Assembly (NCBI GenBank): GCA_964595675.1 | Contig: CAZQRR010000002.1 | Location: 8,246-72,245 of the forward strand | Length of the DNA: 64,000 nucleotides | From: an uncultured Rubrivirga sp. | GTDB taxonomy: Bacteria > Actinomycetota > Actinomycetes > S36-B12 | Reading direction: 5' to 3' | Shown here: in pieces, positions 18,517-27,164 of the stretch | Layout of the letters: each line of letters opens with the position of its first letter | How positions within the stretch are numbered: position 1 is the stretch's first letter | Notes under the pieces: model-generated | What the model saw: the letters and a program-made list of their open reading frames with translations, nothing else | The model's database searches: none | What the model was told of the DNA's origin: nothing | Made by a program: the position numbers and the translations under genes

Positions 18517-19531
18517 CAGTTTCGCTCGACTTACCGCGCGATCGCTTTCGTCCTAGAGCCCGGCGGCGGCGCGTCACGAGCTCCGTTCGGCCTTTCGGAT
18601 CCGTTACCAACCTCGCCCAATTCGCAGTGAGGTTCAGGGAAAGTGCCGTAAGAAAAATCATCAATCCTGGAATAGCCACGATCCACCAGGCCGTGGCAAT
18701 GTAGGAACGGCCCTCCCCCAACATCGAGCCCCACGATGGTGTGGGCGGCTGGATTCCGAAGCCGAGAAAACTGAGAGCAGCCTCACCGATGATGATGGTT
18801 GCGCACTCGAGAGTCGCCAAGACTAACAGCGGCGCCGTCATACTCGGGAAAATGTGGCGCGTCATGATCTGCAGATTTGTTGCGCCAACGACTCTTGCCG
18901 CATCAACGTGGGTGGCACTCTTTTGTGACAAGACCAGGCTTCGCGAAACCCTTGCGTAGATCATCCACTTGACGATCGCCAATACGAGGATGACGTTCCA
19001 GAAACCCGGTCCTAGAACAAACAAAACCAGGAGAGCGATTAGCAGGAAGGGAAGGCTCATTTGCAGGTCGACAAATCGCATAACGATGTCGTCAAACCTG
19101 CCGCCGAAATAGCCGGCTAGTACACCCACAACTATGCCGAAGATCCCCGACAGGAGAACGGTGAGTGCCGCCACGAGAATCGATACGCGAGCGCCGTAGA
19201 TTATCCGAGAGAGAAGATCTCGCCCGAGAGGATCGGTTCCGAGCACGTGCGGAGGCGCCCCAGGATCAACACCGGGAGTCAAGGGTGGTTTGTTTCGCAT
19301 CAGGAGATCTTGAGCATTCGGGTCGTATGGGGCGACGACCTCAGCGGCAACGGCGAAGACAACCAACAGAGCCAGAAAACTCAAGGAGATAATGACAAAC
19401 GGCTCCCTGCTGAGGAGACGCATGGTATTCGCACGTTCCGCAGCGCCAAGCCTTGGCTTAGGAGGCGGCGGCGTGCCATGTGCCTCCCGATCCGTCACTG
19501 GACTACTCCGTGGAGCGCCTTCATGTCTCAC
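18467..19531 (-). CDS. ABC transporter permease (Opp/Dpp C-type)
   Basis: Multiple TM segments with an EAA-like loop. GTG 19531 forms a GTGA overlap with the upstream permease stop. ATG 19423 is an alternative start. The 405-aa ORF-track start is rejected. Confidence 0.75.
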   Translation of the reverse strand: MRHEGAPRSSPVTDREAHGTPPPPKPRLGAAERANTMRLLSREPFVIISLSFLALLVVFAVAAEVVAPYDPNAQDLLMRNKPPLTPGVDPGAPPHVLGTDPLGRDLLSRIIYGARVSILVAALTVLLSGIFGIVVGVLAGYFGGRFDDIVMRFVDLQMSLPFLLIALLVLFVLGPGFWNVILVLAIVKWMIYARVSRSLVLSQKSATHVDAARVVGATNLQIMTRHIFPSMTAPLLVLATLECATIIIGEAALSFLGFGIQPPTPSWGSMLGEGRSYIATAWWIVAIPGLMIFLTALSLNLTANWARLVTDPKGRTELVTRRRRALGRKRSRGKSSETDARNAAGDPNGDQHES

Positions 19532-20454
19532 AGCCTGACTTTCGGGTTGAGGGCGATGTAAGCCAGATCGATAAGTAAATTGACAAGAACGATCACGATC
19601 ACGATCACGAGAACCGATGCTTCGACTAACGGCAGATCGCGACGCTCGAGCGCCTGCATCATCAAGGATCCGATTCCAGGCCATCCGAAGACCACTTCGA
19701 TGACAATCGCGCCCGTTAACAACTGTGCGATGTCATCCCCCGTGACGGTGATGATCGGCAAGGCAGCGTTCTTGAGCGCGTGCACGCCGATGATGCGCTT
19801 TTGTGGAATTCCCCTTGCGGCGAGCGCACGAACGTAGGGCTTTGACAATTCCTCGAGAATGCTACTTCTGGTCATCTGCGCCGTGCGTCCCATTGGCTTA
19901 TACGCAAGCGCCAATGCTGGCAGAATCACGTGCTCCCAGCTGCCGAAGCCCGATGTGGGAAGAAGGTCGAGTTGCACAGCAACGACCAGAATCAAAACTA
20001 ATGCGATCCAAAATTCCACAATCGAGACTGCGCTCAGACTGATTGCACTGACTGCCCGGTCGACGAGACTTCCTGGCCGAGATGCGGCGATCAGCCCCAG
20101 AACCAGTCCCAATGGGACTGCGAAGAGCACCGCCACGCCGGCCAAAAGGAAAGTTGCTGGAAGGCGTTCCAACACTAGGCTCAACGCCGGAACGTCCTGC
20201 CAGAAAGACATTCCCAGGTTCCCTTGGGCCACATTCCACATGTACGAACCGAACTGCTCAGGGATCGGACTGTCGAGATTCAGTTGCGATCTGACTTCGG
20301 CCACCCGTTCCTCGGATGCCTCGATTCCGAGCACGATACGAACCGGATCTCCGACCAAACGGCCAATCACGAAGACGATTGCCACGGCGGCGAAGATAAC
20401 TCCCAATGAATGAAGGGTGCGCCTAAGGAGATACCTCCACATCTGACTAGACAC
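19528..20454 (-). CDS. ABC transporter permease (Opp/Dpp B-type)
   Basis: 308 aa with six hydrophobic segments, ending in the typical ...DLAYIALNPKVRL. The start is GTG 20454 or ATG 20442. Confidence 0.8.
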   Translation of the reverse strand: MSSQMWRYLLRRTLHSLGVIFAAVAIVFVIGRLVGDPVRIVLGIEASEERVAEVRSQLNLDSPIPEQFGSYMWNVAQGNLGMSFWQDVPALSLVLERLPATFLLAGVAVLFAVPLGLVLGLIAASRPGSLVDRAVSAISLSAVSIVEFWIALVLILVVAVQLDLLPTSGFGSWEHVILPALALAYKPMGRTAQMTRSSILEELSKPYVRALAARGIPQKRIIGVHALKNAALPIITVTGDDIAQLLTGAIVIEVVFGWPGIGSLMMQALERRDLPLVEASVLVIVIVIVLVNLLIDLAYIALNPKVRL

Positions 20455-20527
20455 ACTCCATTCGTTCCACCACCCACGTCGGGTGAGGTTTGAGTCCCGC
20501 CGCGGACTTCACTCCCATGTCACCGAT

Positions 20528-20564
20528 GAGAGGGTGCCGCACTCGGCTTATGCGGCACCCTCTC
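20528..20564 (-). other. Intercistronic stem-loop (14-bp perfect stem, 9-nt loop) between the SBP and permease genes
   Basis: GAGAGGGTGCCGCA (20528-20541) pairs with TGCGGCACCCTCTC (20551-20564). It sits in the 202-nt SBP-permease gap and is not followed by a U-tract. Confidence 0.6.
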
Positions 20565-20656
20565 TCATCATCGTCGTCTCGATACTCCGATATCGCTGGT
20601 ATCAAAGGCTTCCTGGATACCTCCTGGACGAAATCGGCTCGACCCGAACGACTCCC

Positions 20657-22354
20657 TTAACTTTGCCGCATCTGAATCGCGAGGAGTCGGTGATCAAGAG
20701 GTGGAGTCCACACGAGATTCGCCGCGAGACCATAGGCCAGATCTTGATGGCCTATGTAACCCATGGCGTGATCTGCGTACGCGAACTCATTGAGTTCCTG
20801 CAGCGCGGCAGCACGCTCAGCTCCTGCCAACGGCAAGGCTGCCTGGTAGAGGGCTTCGGCCTCCTCATTGCAGTAGGCCGACAAGATGCCGTCACAGGAG
20901 TAGTAGAACCCGTAGGAGATGCCGAAGTCGAGAAGCTCCTGGCCGTGCCCATGAACGAACACCAGGTTCCTGTCTTCCGGAATGTCCTTGATATTCACAA
21001 GGGCGAGCTCACCGAAGGCCTCAGGATCCACGACCTGAATCTTGGTATTGAAGCCCACTTCGTTCAGCATGTTGGATACCGCCTGAACAACCTCGTTCGA
21101 CTGGGCGAATACGCCATCCCGAATCACTAGGGGAATCTCCGTGTCGACCGGAACACCGTCTGCTGCAGCTTCCTGAAGCAGAGCCGTTGCCTTCTCCGGA
21201 TCGTACGGATACGGCTGGAGGGTGTCGCTATGTCCGGCGGCCGTGGAGTTCACGATCTGGCCTGAAGGAACGACACTTCCACCCATGAGGTTCGTTGCAA
21301 TTCCCTCGCTGTCAACTGCCAGGTTGAGGGCCTCGCGGACCCTCTTGTCGGAGAATAGGGTCCCGTTGGTGTCCATTCGGATGAAGATGGTCTCAACGCT
21401 CGGCGCTGTCTCGCACTTGGTTTCTGCGCCGGCAGCAAGTACGGCACACTCCTCCGGACTGACGAATTGAGCCAGTTGTGCTTCACCGGCTGCGACCATC
21501 GACGCTCTCACTGCGTCTTCGGACCGGAACTCGTACCTCGCTGTTTGGAATGGGGCAATCGACATGTCGGTCATTCCCGCGGCGAATCCCCACCAGTCCT
21601 CGTATAGGGAGTAACTGATTCCGATGCCACGCTGCCATTCGTCGAACACATATGGACCGGTGCCAATCAGCTCGGTGCTGTAGCTATCAGGGCTATCGTT
21701 CAACTGCTGTGCTGAACTAATCGGTACGAAGGTTAGCTTGACGGGCAGGAGCGGGTCGGCTTCCGCTGTCGACAACTTCACGGTGTTCGGTCCGGTGGCT
21801 TCGGCCTGAATGGCCCCAACGAAGTCGAGCAGATCGAATGCGTTCTCCTCATCGAAGACGTAATTGAAGTTGGTCACCACCGCATCTGCGTCCAACACCG
21901 AACCGTCGTGGAAGGTCACACCCTCACGTAAGGTAACTTCCACGGACTTGTCGTCCACCACGGAGATGGATGTGCCAAGAACCGGTTGAAGTTCCCGAGT
22001 GTCGAAGTCAAGAGTGAATAAGGTCTCAACAGTATTGCGGAAACCCGGTGCACCAGCGTCGGAGAATCCGCGCCACGCATCCAAACTCACAGGTTCGGCA
22101 GCGACAGCGATCACGACCTCGCCTCCGCCGGTAACAGACGCGTCTTCCGTGGACGTTTCCGTCTCAGCTGCCGTTTCCGTCTCAGCTGCCGTTTCCGCAG
22201 CCGTCGTGTCCTGCGCGGCGTCGTCTGCGGCGTCATTTGAACCACAGGCCGCAAGCGTCAATGCCATGACGCACGCTATGGCGGCCATGGCCGTCGGTGT
22301 GCCGAGTCGATGTCCTGAACCGCGTCGGTCAGGTCTCAGCAGGGTTCGCTCCAT
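20657..22354 (-). CDS. ABC transporter substrate-binding lipoprotein, family 5 (peptide/nickel/opine type)
   Basis: 565 aa with the lipobox LTLAACGS and an Ala/Glu/Thr-rich linker followed by the family-5 SBP body. ATG 22354 lies behind the RBS GGAGA. Confidence 0.85.
   Translation of the reverse strand: MERTLLRPDRRGSGHRLGTPTAMAAIACVMALTLAACGSNDAADDAAQDTTAAETAAETETAAETETSTEDASVTGGGEVVIAVAAEPVSLDAWRGFSDAGAPGFRNTVETLFTLDFDTRELQPVLGTSISVVDDKSVEVTLREGVTFHDGSVLDADAVVTNFNYVFDEENAFDLLDFVGAIQAEATGPNTVKLSTAEADPLLPVKLTFVPISSAQQLNDSPDSYSTELIGTGPYVFDEWQRGIGISYSLYEDWWGFAAGMTDMSIAPFQTARYEFRSEDAVRASMVAAGEAQLAQFVSPEECAVLAAGAETKCETAPSVETIFIRMDTNGTLFSDKRVREALNLAVDSEGIATNLMGGSVVPSGQIVNSTAAGHSDTLQPYPYDPEKATALLQEAAADGVPVDTEIPLVIRDGVFAQSNEVVQAVSNMLNEVGFNTKIQVVDPEAFGELALVNIKDIPEDRNLVFVHGHGQELLDFGISYGFYYSCDGILSAYCNEEAEALYQAALPLAGAERAAALQELNEFAYADHAMGYIGHQDLAYGLAANLVWTPPLDHRLLAIQMRQS
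22155..22203. repeat. Tandem 18-bp repeat (2.7 copies) inside the SBP linker
   Basis: GTTTCCGTCTCAGCTGCC occurs at 22155-22172 and 22173-22190, followed by a partial third copy. It encodes the AAETET repeats of the lipoprotein tether. Confidence 0.8.
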
Positions 22355-22436
22355 TGCATCTCCAATCTGCTTCGGGATGTACCTGAATTGCCCGCTCGAT
22401 CGGATTGGCCCAAAAAGGGATTTTTCGATCTTCGAG

Positions 22437-22444
22437 TGTTAACA
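22437..22444. promoter_or_regulatory. Palindrome TGTTAACA in the divergent control region
   Basis: A perfect 8-bp palindrome next to an A5GGGAT5 tract (22412-22425) in the 241-bp gap between the SBP operon and the TIM-barrel gene. Confidence 0.3.
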
Positions 22445-22554
22445 GTCTTCCCTGATCGGAGCACCCGGGAGCGAGTTGCGTTGATCCGTTATCATCTTGT
22501 TACGCGTCGTTGGAGTACGAACCCCGGCGGCACGCACCGATCACTCGGTACCGT

Positions 22555-22568
22555 TGTCAACTGTCAAC
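22555..22568. promoter_or_regulatory. Direct repeat TGTCAAC-TGTCAAC (operator-like)
   Basis: Two abutting TGTCAAC heptamers 28 nt upstream of ATG 22596. The same heptamer forms the palindromes at 33853 and 41956-41986. Confidence 0.45.
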
Positions 22569-22595
22569 ACGGAATCCAAGGCGCGAGGGGTATCC

Positions 22596-23489
22596 ATGTC
22601 ACTAGTCGATCGCATCGCATCCGCACCCATCACCTGGGGTATCGACCCCTCGCCCGGGTGGGGCTACGTCATCCCGCGCGATCGCTACTTGGAGGAGATG
22701 ACCTCTCTCGGGCTCACCGCCACGGAACTCGGTCCCGACGGGTACCTGCCCGCGGATCCTGAGGAGCTTGCGGCCTTCCTCGATGCACGCGGGCTCACGA
22801 TCATCGGCGGCTGGGTCCCACTGGCCTTGGCCACGGACGCGCTCTTCCAGGAGAGGCGTGACTACCTGGTTCGCGCCTGCCAACAGTTCCAGCGAGTGGG
22901 TGCCGACGTGGTTGTCCTCGGCCCGGTATGGAACTACCAGGGCTACGACGCACGGAACACCCTCAATGACGGCGAGTGGGCGACCTTCCTGGCCAACCTC
23001 GCGGAGACCGATGCGATCGCTCGGGATCACGGACTGCGCGTGACTCTCCATCAGCACGTGGGCACCGTCATCGAGACCCAGACGGATCTCGACCGACTCC
23101 TGGCGGACAGCGATGTCGCCCTCTGCGTGGACACCGGACACATGCTCTCGGCCGGGATCGACCCGGTTCAGGTGGTGCGCGACCACTCGGATCGCGTCGC
23201 GCACATGCACCTCAAGGACATCTCCACAACCCAAGCGGCGAAAGTCGCCAGCGGGGAACTCGGATTCCGCGATGCGGTGAAGGATGGCCTGTTCCGGCCG
23301 CTTGGGTTGGGTGACGTCGATATTCCCGCAGTGATCGAGACTCTGGAGTCCTCCGGCTACACAGGTTGGTATGCGATCGAGCAGGACTGCTCGCTCACCG
23401 AGGAACCAGCGCCTGGTCAGGGCCCCGTCCATGACTGTCACACCAGTCTGCAGTACTTGCGCGACCTCGCCACGACGAACGGCTGGTAA
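22596..23489 (+). CDS. Sugar phosphate isomerase/epimerase-family TIM-barrel protein (IolE-like by eye)
   Basis: ATG 22596 (MSLVDRIASAPITWGI...). Xylose-isomerase-like TIM pattern with ...LHQHVGT...DTGH...HLKD. The ORF-track start at 22497 is rejected. Confidence 0.65.
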   Translation: MSLVDRIASAPITWGIDPSPGWGYVIPRDRYLEEMTSLGLTATELGPDGYLPADPEELAAFLDARGLTIIGGWVPLALATDALFQERRDYLVRACQQFQRVGADVVVLGPVWNYQGYDARNTLNDGEWATFLANLAETDAIARDHGLRVTLHQHVGTVIETQTDLDRLLADSDVALCVDTGHMLSAGIDPVQVVRDHSDRVAHMHLKDISTTQAAKVASGELGFRDAVKDGLFRPLGLGDVDIPAVIETLESSGYTGWYAIEQDCSLTEEPAPGQGPVHDCHTSLQYLRDLATTNGW

Positions 23490-23535
23490 GCGCAGGCTGG
23501 TCGGACGATCGCTCGCCCGCTCCACCCTTCACCCC

Positions 23536-23564
23536 TTGACGCACACCCGGGGAGCCTTTATTGT
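23536..23564 (+). promoter_or_regulatory. Candidate sigma-70-type promoter TTGACG-N17-TATTGT
   Basis: TTGACG lies at 23536-23541, a 17-nt spacer follows, and TATTGT lies at 23559-23564, about 40 nt upstream of GTG 23605. Confidence 0.45.
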
Positions 23565-23574
23565 CGCCGAGGTA

Positions 23575-23590
23575 ATATTGTCGACAATAT
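23575..23590. promoter_or_regulatory. Perfect 16-bp palindrome ATATTGTCGACAATAT (GntR/FadR-type operator candidate)
   Basis: Perfect dyad between the candidate -10 hexamer and the RBS GAGGAG (23592-23597). The operon it precedes ends with a GntR gene. Confidence 0.6.
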
Positions 23591-23604
23591 CGAGGAGTTG
23601 ACCC

Positions 23605-24450
23605 GTGGTAACCGAGTCCACCGCGACTCTTACGCGACTGGCAGAGGTCAGCCGTGCCATCCGCAGGGGGGTGGTCGATACCGTCTATCGAGCCGGCGCC
23701 GGCCATATCGGCGGCCCACTCTCAGCGGTGGACATTCTCACGGTTCTCTACCACCACGTGATGCGAATTTCCGTGGATGATCCGGCATGGCCGGATCGTG
23801 ATCGCTTTGTCCTGTCCAAGGGCCACTCGAGCCCCGCCCTCTACGCGGCGCTGGCCTCGCGTGGATTCATCCCACAAGAGGAACTTGCAACCTTCGACCA
23901 AGTCGGTGGCCGACTCCAGGCCCACCCCGACATGCGCAAGACGCCCGGTGTGGACATGTCGACGGGCTCGTTAGGCCAGGGCTTCTCAGCAGGTGTGGGC
24001 ATGGCGTTGGCGGCAAAGCTCGCTGACCGGCCCTTCCGCGTCTACGTGCTCTTGGGTGATGGTGAGTGCCAAGAGGGTCAAATCTGGGAGGCGGCCATGT
24101 TTGCCCAGCGCTACGCCCTCGATAACCTGGTGGCGATCGTCGACTGGAACGGCCTGCAGCAGGTCGGCTGGGATCTCAATGATCAGGCATCACGCGAGGA
24201 CACCATTCCATTCGCGGTAGACAAGTGGCAAGCCTTCGGATGGCATGTGTTCACCGTCGATGGCCACGACATGGGTGCGCTGGTGCGCGCATTTGATGAC
24301 GCGCGCCAGATCTCGGCGCGACCCAGCGTGATTCTCGCAAACACGATCAAGGGCAAGGGAATCCCATTCATGGAGAACGACAATGCATGGCATTCTCGGA
24401 TCATCACCGAGGCCGACTATGCGGCAATCTGCGCGGAGTTGGCATCGTGA
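23605..24450 (+). CDS. Transketolase, N-terminal (TPP-binding) subunit
   Basis: 281 aa with GAGHIGGPLSAVDIL...DRFVLSKGHSSPALYA...LGDGECQEGQIWEA. Confidence 0.85.
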   Translation: MVTESTATLTRLAEVSRAIRRGVVDTVYRAGAGHIGGPLSAVDILTVLYHHVMRISVDDPAWPDRDRFVLSKGHSSPALYAALASRGFIPQEELATFDQVGGRLQAHPDMRKTPGVDMSTGSLGQGFSAGVGMALAAKLADRPFRVYVLLGDGECQEGQIWEAAMFAQRYALDNLVAIVDWNGLQQVGWDLNDQASREDTIPFAVDKWQAFGWHVFTVDGHDMGALVRAFDDARQISARPSVILANTIKGKGIPFMENDNAWHSRIITEADYAAICAELAS

Positions 24451-25394
24451 GCGCTGTATCGACGATGGAGGCCACCCGAGATGCTTTTGGCGCTGAACTG
24501 CTGGAGTGCGCAAAGCGCGATCCGTCAATCGTGGTTGTTGATGCGGATCTTGGGAATGCCATTGGGCTCGTCGAGTTCAGAATTACATTTCCTGAGCGCT
24601 ATATCCTAGTGGGAATAGCGGAACAGAATGCGGTCGGAGTTGCAGCTGGACTTGCCGTATGCGGTTTCCGGCCGGTCATGACATCGTTTGCGGCGTTCGT
24701 TGCGTGTCGCAGCCTGGATCAGATTCGAGTTTCGGTCGCCCAGACCGGCCTACCGGTGGTGCTACTCGGAGGTCATTCAGGCCTCTTGGCTGGACGGCTT
24801 GGGAAGACTCATGTGGCCATGGAGGACCTTGCGATTCTTCGTTCCCTGCCAGAGCTCACCTGTGTTGCCCCGGCTGACGCCGTTGAGATGCGTCAGGCGT
24901 TGCGGGCATGCCTCATGCACCCCGGCCCCACCTACCTTCGCGCCACTCGGGATGCGACGCCCAACTTCTTTGGTGACCATCACTCGTTCATGATCGGGAC
25001 GGCGTACGTCCTGCGGGAGGGCAACGACATCGCCATTCTCTCGAGCGGCACGATGACACCTCGGGCCGACAACGTTGCGGACCTCTTGGCTGAGCGTGGG
25101 TATTCCGCGACTGTGGTGCATGTGCCGACCCTGAAACCGTTGGATGAGCGGACAGTCTGGAGCGCCTCACAGGGACGACGCCTGGTGGTCACCTACGAAG
25201 ATCATTCGATACTTGGCGGACTCGGATCTGCCGTTGCGGAAGTACTCAGTGCAGGCGCGCACCCTCCGTTACTTCGAATTGGCACTGACGATACATACAT
25301 CGACTCCGGCCGCAATGACGATCTGTTGCGCGACCACGGGCTCGAACCAGACGAGGTGACCGACCGAATCATTTCGGCAGTGGAGAGGGGATGA
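24447..25394 (+). CDS. Transketolase, C-terminal (pyrimidine-binding) subunit
   Basis: GTG 24447 overlaps the upstream TGA (GTGA). TRDAFG...GIAEQNAVGVAAGLA...SFAAF. The ORF-track start at 24387 is rejected. Confidence 0.85.
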   Translation: MSAVSTMEATRDAFGAELLECAKRDPSIVVVDADLGNAIGLVEFRITFPERYILVGIAEQNAVGVAAGLAVCGFRPVMTSFAAFVACRSLDQIRVSVAQTGLPVVLLGGHSGLLAGRLGKTHVAMEDLAILRSLPELTCVAPADAVEMRQALRACLMHPGPTYLRATRDATPNFFGDHHSFMIGTAYVLREGNDIAILSSGTMTPRADNVADLLAERGYSATVVHVPTLKPLDERTVWSASQGRRLVVTYEDHSILGGLGSAVAEVLSAGAHPPLLRIGTDDTYIDSGRNDDLLRDHGLEPDEVTDRIISAVERG

Positions 25395-26578
25395 ACATGC
25401 CAGCTTCCCAGGTCAGCCAGACGCCCTACGACCCGTTATCTGCGGAGGCGCATGTCGACCCGTATCCGACTTATGCCTGGCTGCGCGAGAGCGCACCGGT
25501 CTATTTCTGTGAGGCGAGGGATGTGTGGGTTCTCTCGCGGTATGAAGATGTCCGTGCGGCCCTCCGGGACTGGAATTCCTTCACCAGCACCGGAGGGGTG
25601 GAGCTGGCCGACTACGTGGGGTTCTTCGGCGACGGAAACTTCCTCGAGATGGATCCGCCGCGCCATGACGTTCTCCGCAAGGTCTTCGCTCCCCGGTTCA
25701 TCAACAAGGCCATCAAGTCCTACGAGCCGATGGTCCGAGCCACGGCCGTCGAGTTGCTCGAGGGTGTTGCGGGAGAGGTTGACCTTGCGGCGACCTTCAC
25801 CAACCGCCTACCTGTGCTGACGATCTGCCGCCTGCTCGGACTACCTGAGGACGATGTGCAGTGGGCGGCGCAGGCCGCCATCGACATGATGACGCGGCCC
25901 CCCGACGAGGTCGGCCCGTCGGATATTGCGCAGCTCCTGCGAGCCCAATTGGTCGAGTTGTTCCTGCGCGAGGTGGACTCGAGGCGGGCTGGAGCTTGGC
26001 GCGACGACGTGCTCTCCGATGTCGCACATGCCATCGAAGAAGGCACGATGACACGCGACGAAGTCCAGGGGGTAACGCTCCTCCTCATCGCAGCGGGCAT
26101 GGAGACGACGTCGAGCCTGATGGGCAACATCGTCTCCGCGGTGGCGTCAGGACAGGTGGCGGTTAAGGACCTCGTCGATCACACGGGTGACCTCCGGCTT
26201 GCCGCAATCGATGAGTTTCTGCGGCATGACTCTCCGGTGCAGTGGTTGTGTCGTGTGGCGACCGTGGATGTCGAGATTCGTGATGCACTGATTCCGGCAG
26301 GCAGCAGGGTGCTGATGTTGTACGCGTCGGCCAATCGTGACCCGGGCGTGTTCGCGGACCCCGACGTGATCGACCTGTACCGAGATGGCTCGCGCAACCT
26401 CGCCTTCGGCGAGGGCATTCACTTCTGCCTCGGGATGCCCTTGGCGAAACTCGAAACGCGCATCGGACTCGGGGAGTTGTTCACGCGGTATCCCCGCATT
26501 ACGGCGACTCGTGAGCCCCGTCGTTATCCGTCCCACATCATCCGCGGATTCGACTCGATCCCGGCGCATGTCGCATGA
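25391..26578 (+). CDS. Cytochrome P450 monooxygenase
   Basis: Heme-thiolate loop FGEGIHFCLGMPLA, an I-helix AGMETTS and an ExxR-like EFLRHDSP. ATG 25391 overlaps the upstream TGA. Confidence 0.85.
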   Translation: MNMPASQVSQTPYDPLSAEAHVDPYPTYAWLRESAPVYFCEARDVWVLSRYEDVRAALRDWNSFTSTGGVELADYVGFFGDGNFLEMDPPRHDVLRKVFAPRFINKAIKSYEPMVRATAVELLEGVAGEVDLAATFTNRLPVLTICRLLGLPEDDVQWAAQAAIDMMTRPPDEVGPSDIAQLLRAQLVELFLREVDSRRAGAWRDDVLSDVAHAIEEGTMTRDEVQGVTLLLIAAGMETTSSLMGNIVSAVASGQVAVKDLVDHTGDLRLAAIDEFLRHDSPVQWLCRVATVDVEIRDALIPAGSRVLMLYASANRDPGVFADPDVIDLYRDGSRNLAFGEGIHFCLGMPLAKLETRIGLGELFTRYPRITATREPRRYPSHIIRGFDSIPAHVA

Positions 26579-26630
26579 CCACCGGGGACGTGCGCCCAAG
26601 GGTTCGGCAACAACCAACAAGGAGGAAGTT

Positions 26631-27158
26631 ATGGCAAACGCAAAGGTAATCACCCTTGACCATGTGGCGGTCATGGTGTCGGATCTGGAGCGCTCCCTGC
26701 GCTTCTACCACGATCTCCTCGGCCTGGACTTCGTCGCGTCGGAGGAGCACAACGATGGTCCGATCTCGATGATGACCGCGCTGCCCGGGGTGCACATGCG
26801 CGAGTACCGACTTCGCCCGGCCGGCGGGGTGAATGGGCATGCACGTGTGTCGGGTCAGGGATTCACGGTGGACCTCATCCAGTGGATCGCCCCGGAAAGC
26901 CCCACGGATCGCTACCCGATCAACCATGTTCCCAGTTCGCACATTTGCTTCGGTGTGGAGAGCGTGCCGGCGACGTACGAGATGCTCGTCGAGGCGGGCG
27001 TGGAGGTCGTCAGCCCACCCGTGAGATTCGATGGTGAGGGCGAGTGGCACGTGTTGTTCCTCTACGACCCGGATGGCAACCTCATCGAGCTCAACGAAAT
27101 CGGCACGGGTACGCAGCACGAGCACAAGTCGAAGATGCACACCTGGAGCAGGTACTAG
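26631..27158 (+). CDS. VOC / glyoxalase-family protein
   Basis: ATG 26631 behind the RBS AAGGAGGA. LDHVAVMVSDLERSLRFYHDLLGL...HICFGV...DPDGNLIEL. The ORF-track start at 26385 is rejected. Confidence 0.75.
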   Translation: MANAKVITLDHVAVMVSDLERSLRFYHDLLGLDFVASEEHNDGPISMMTALPGVHMREYRLRPAGGVNGHARVSGQGFTVDLIQWIAPESPTDRYPINHVPSSHICFGVESVPATYEMLVEAGVEVVSPPVRFDGEGEWHVLFLYDPDGNLIELNEIGTGTQHEHKSKMHTWSRY

Positions 27159-27164
27159 ACCGAC

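Noticed and set aside
19591-19608. Tandem (GATCAC)x3 repeat
   Set aside because: It lies inside the permease gene and simply encodes an alternating Val/Ile hydrophobic stretch (VIVIVIV) of a transmembrane helix. There is no sign of regulatory function.
22602-23525. 307-aa minus-strand ORF opposite the TIM-barrel gene, plus similar long antisense ORFs (for example 30630-31676, 32004-32915, 13157-14035, 7015-7857, 59857-60606, 62834-63478, 50957-51757, 44092-44736)
   Set aside because: Each overlaps a motif-bearing gene on the other strand and has low-complexity Arg/Pro/Gly-rich translations. None has a convincing RBS. They are treated as high-GC frame shadows.
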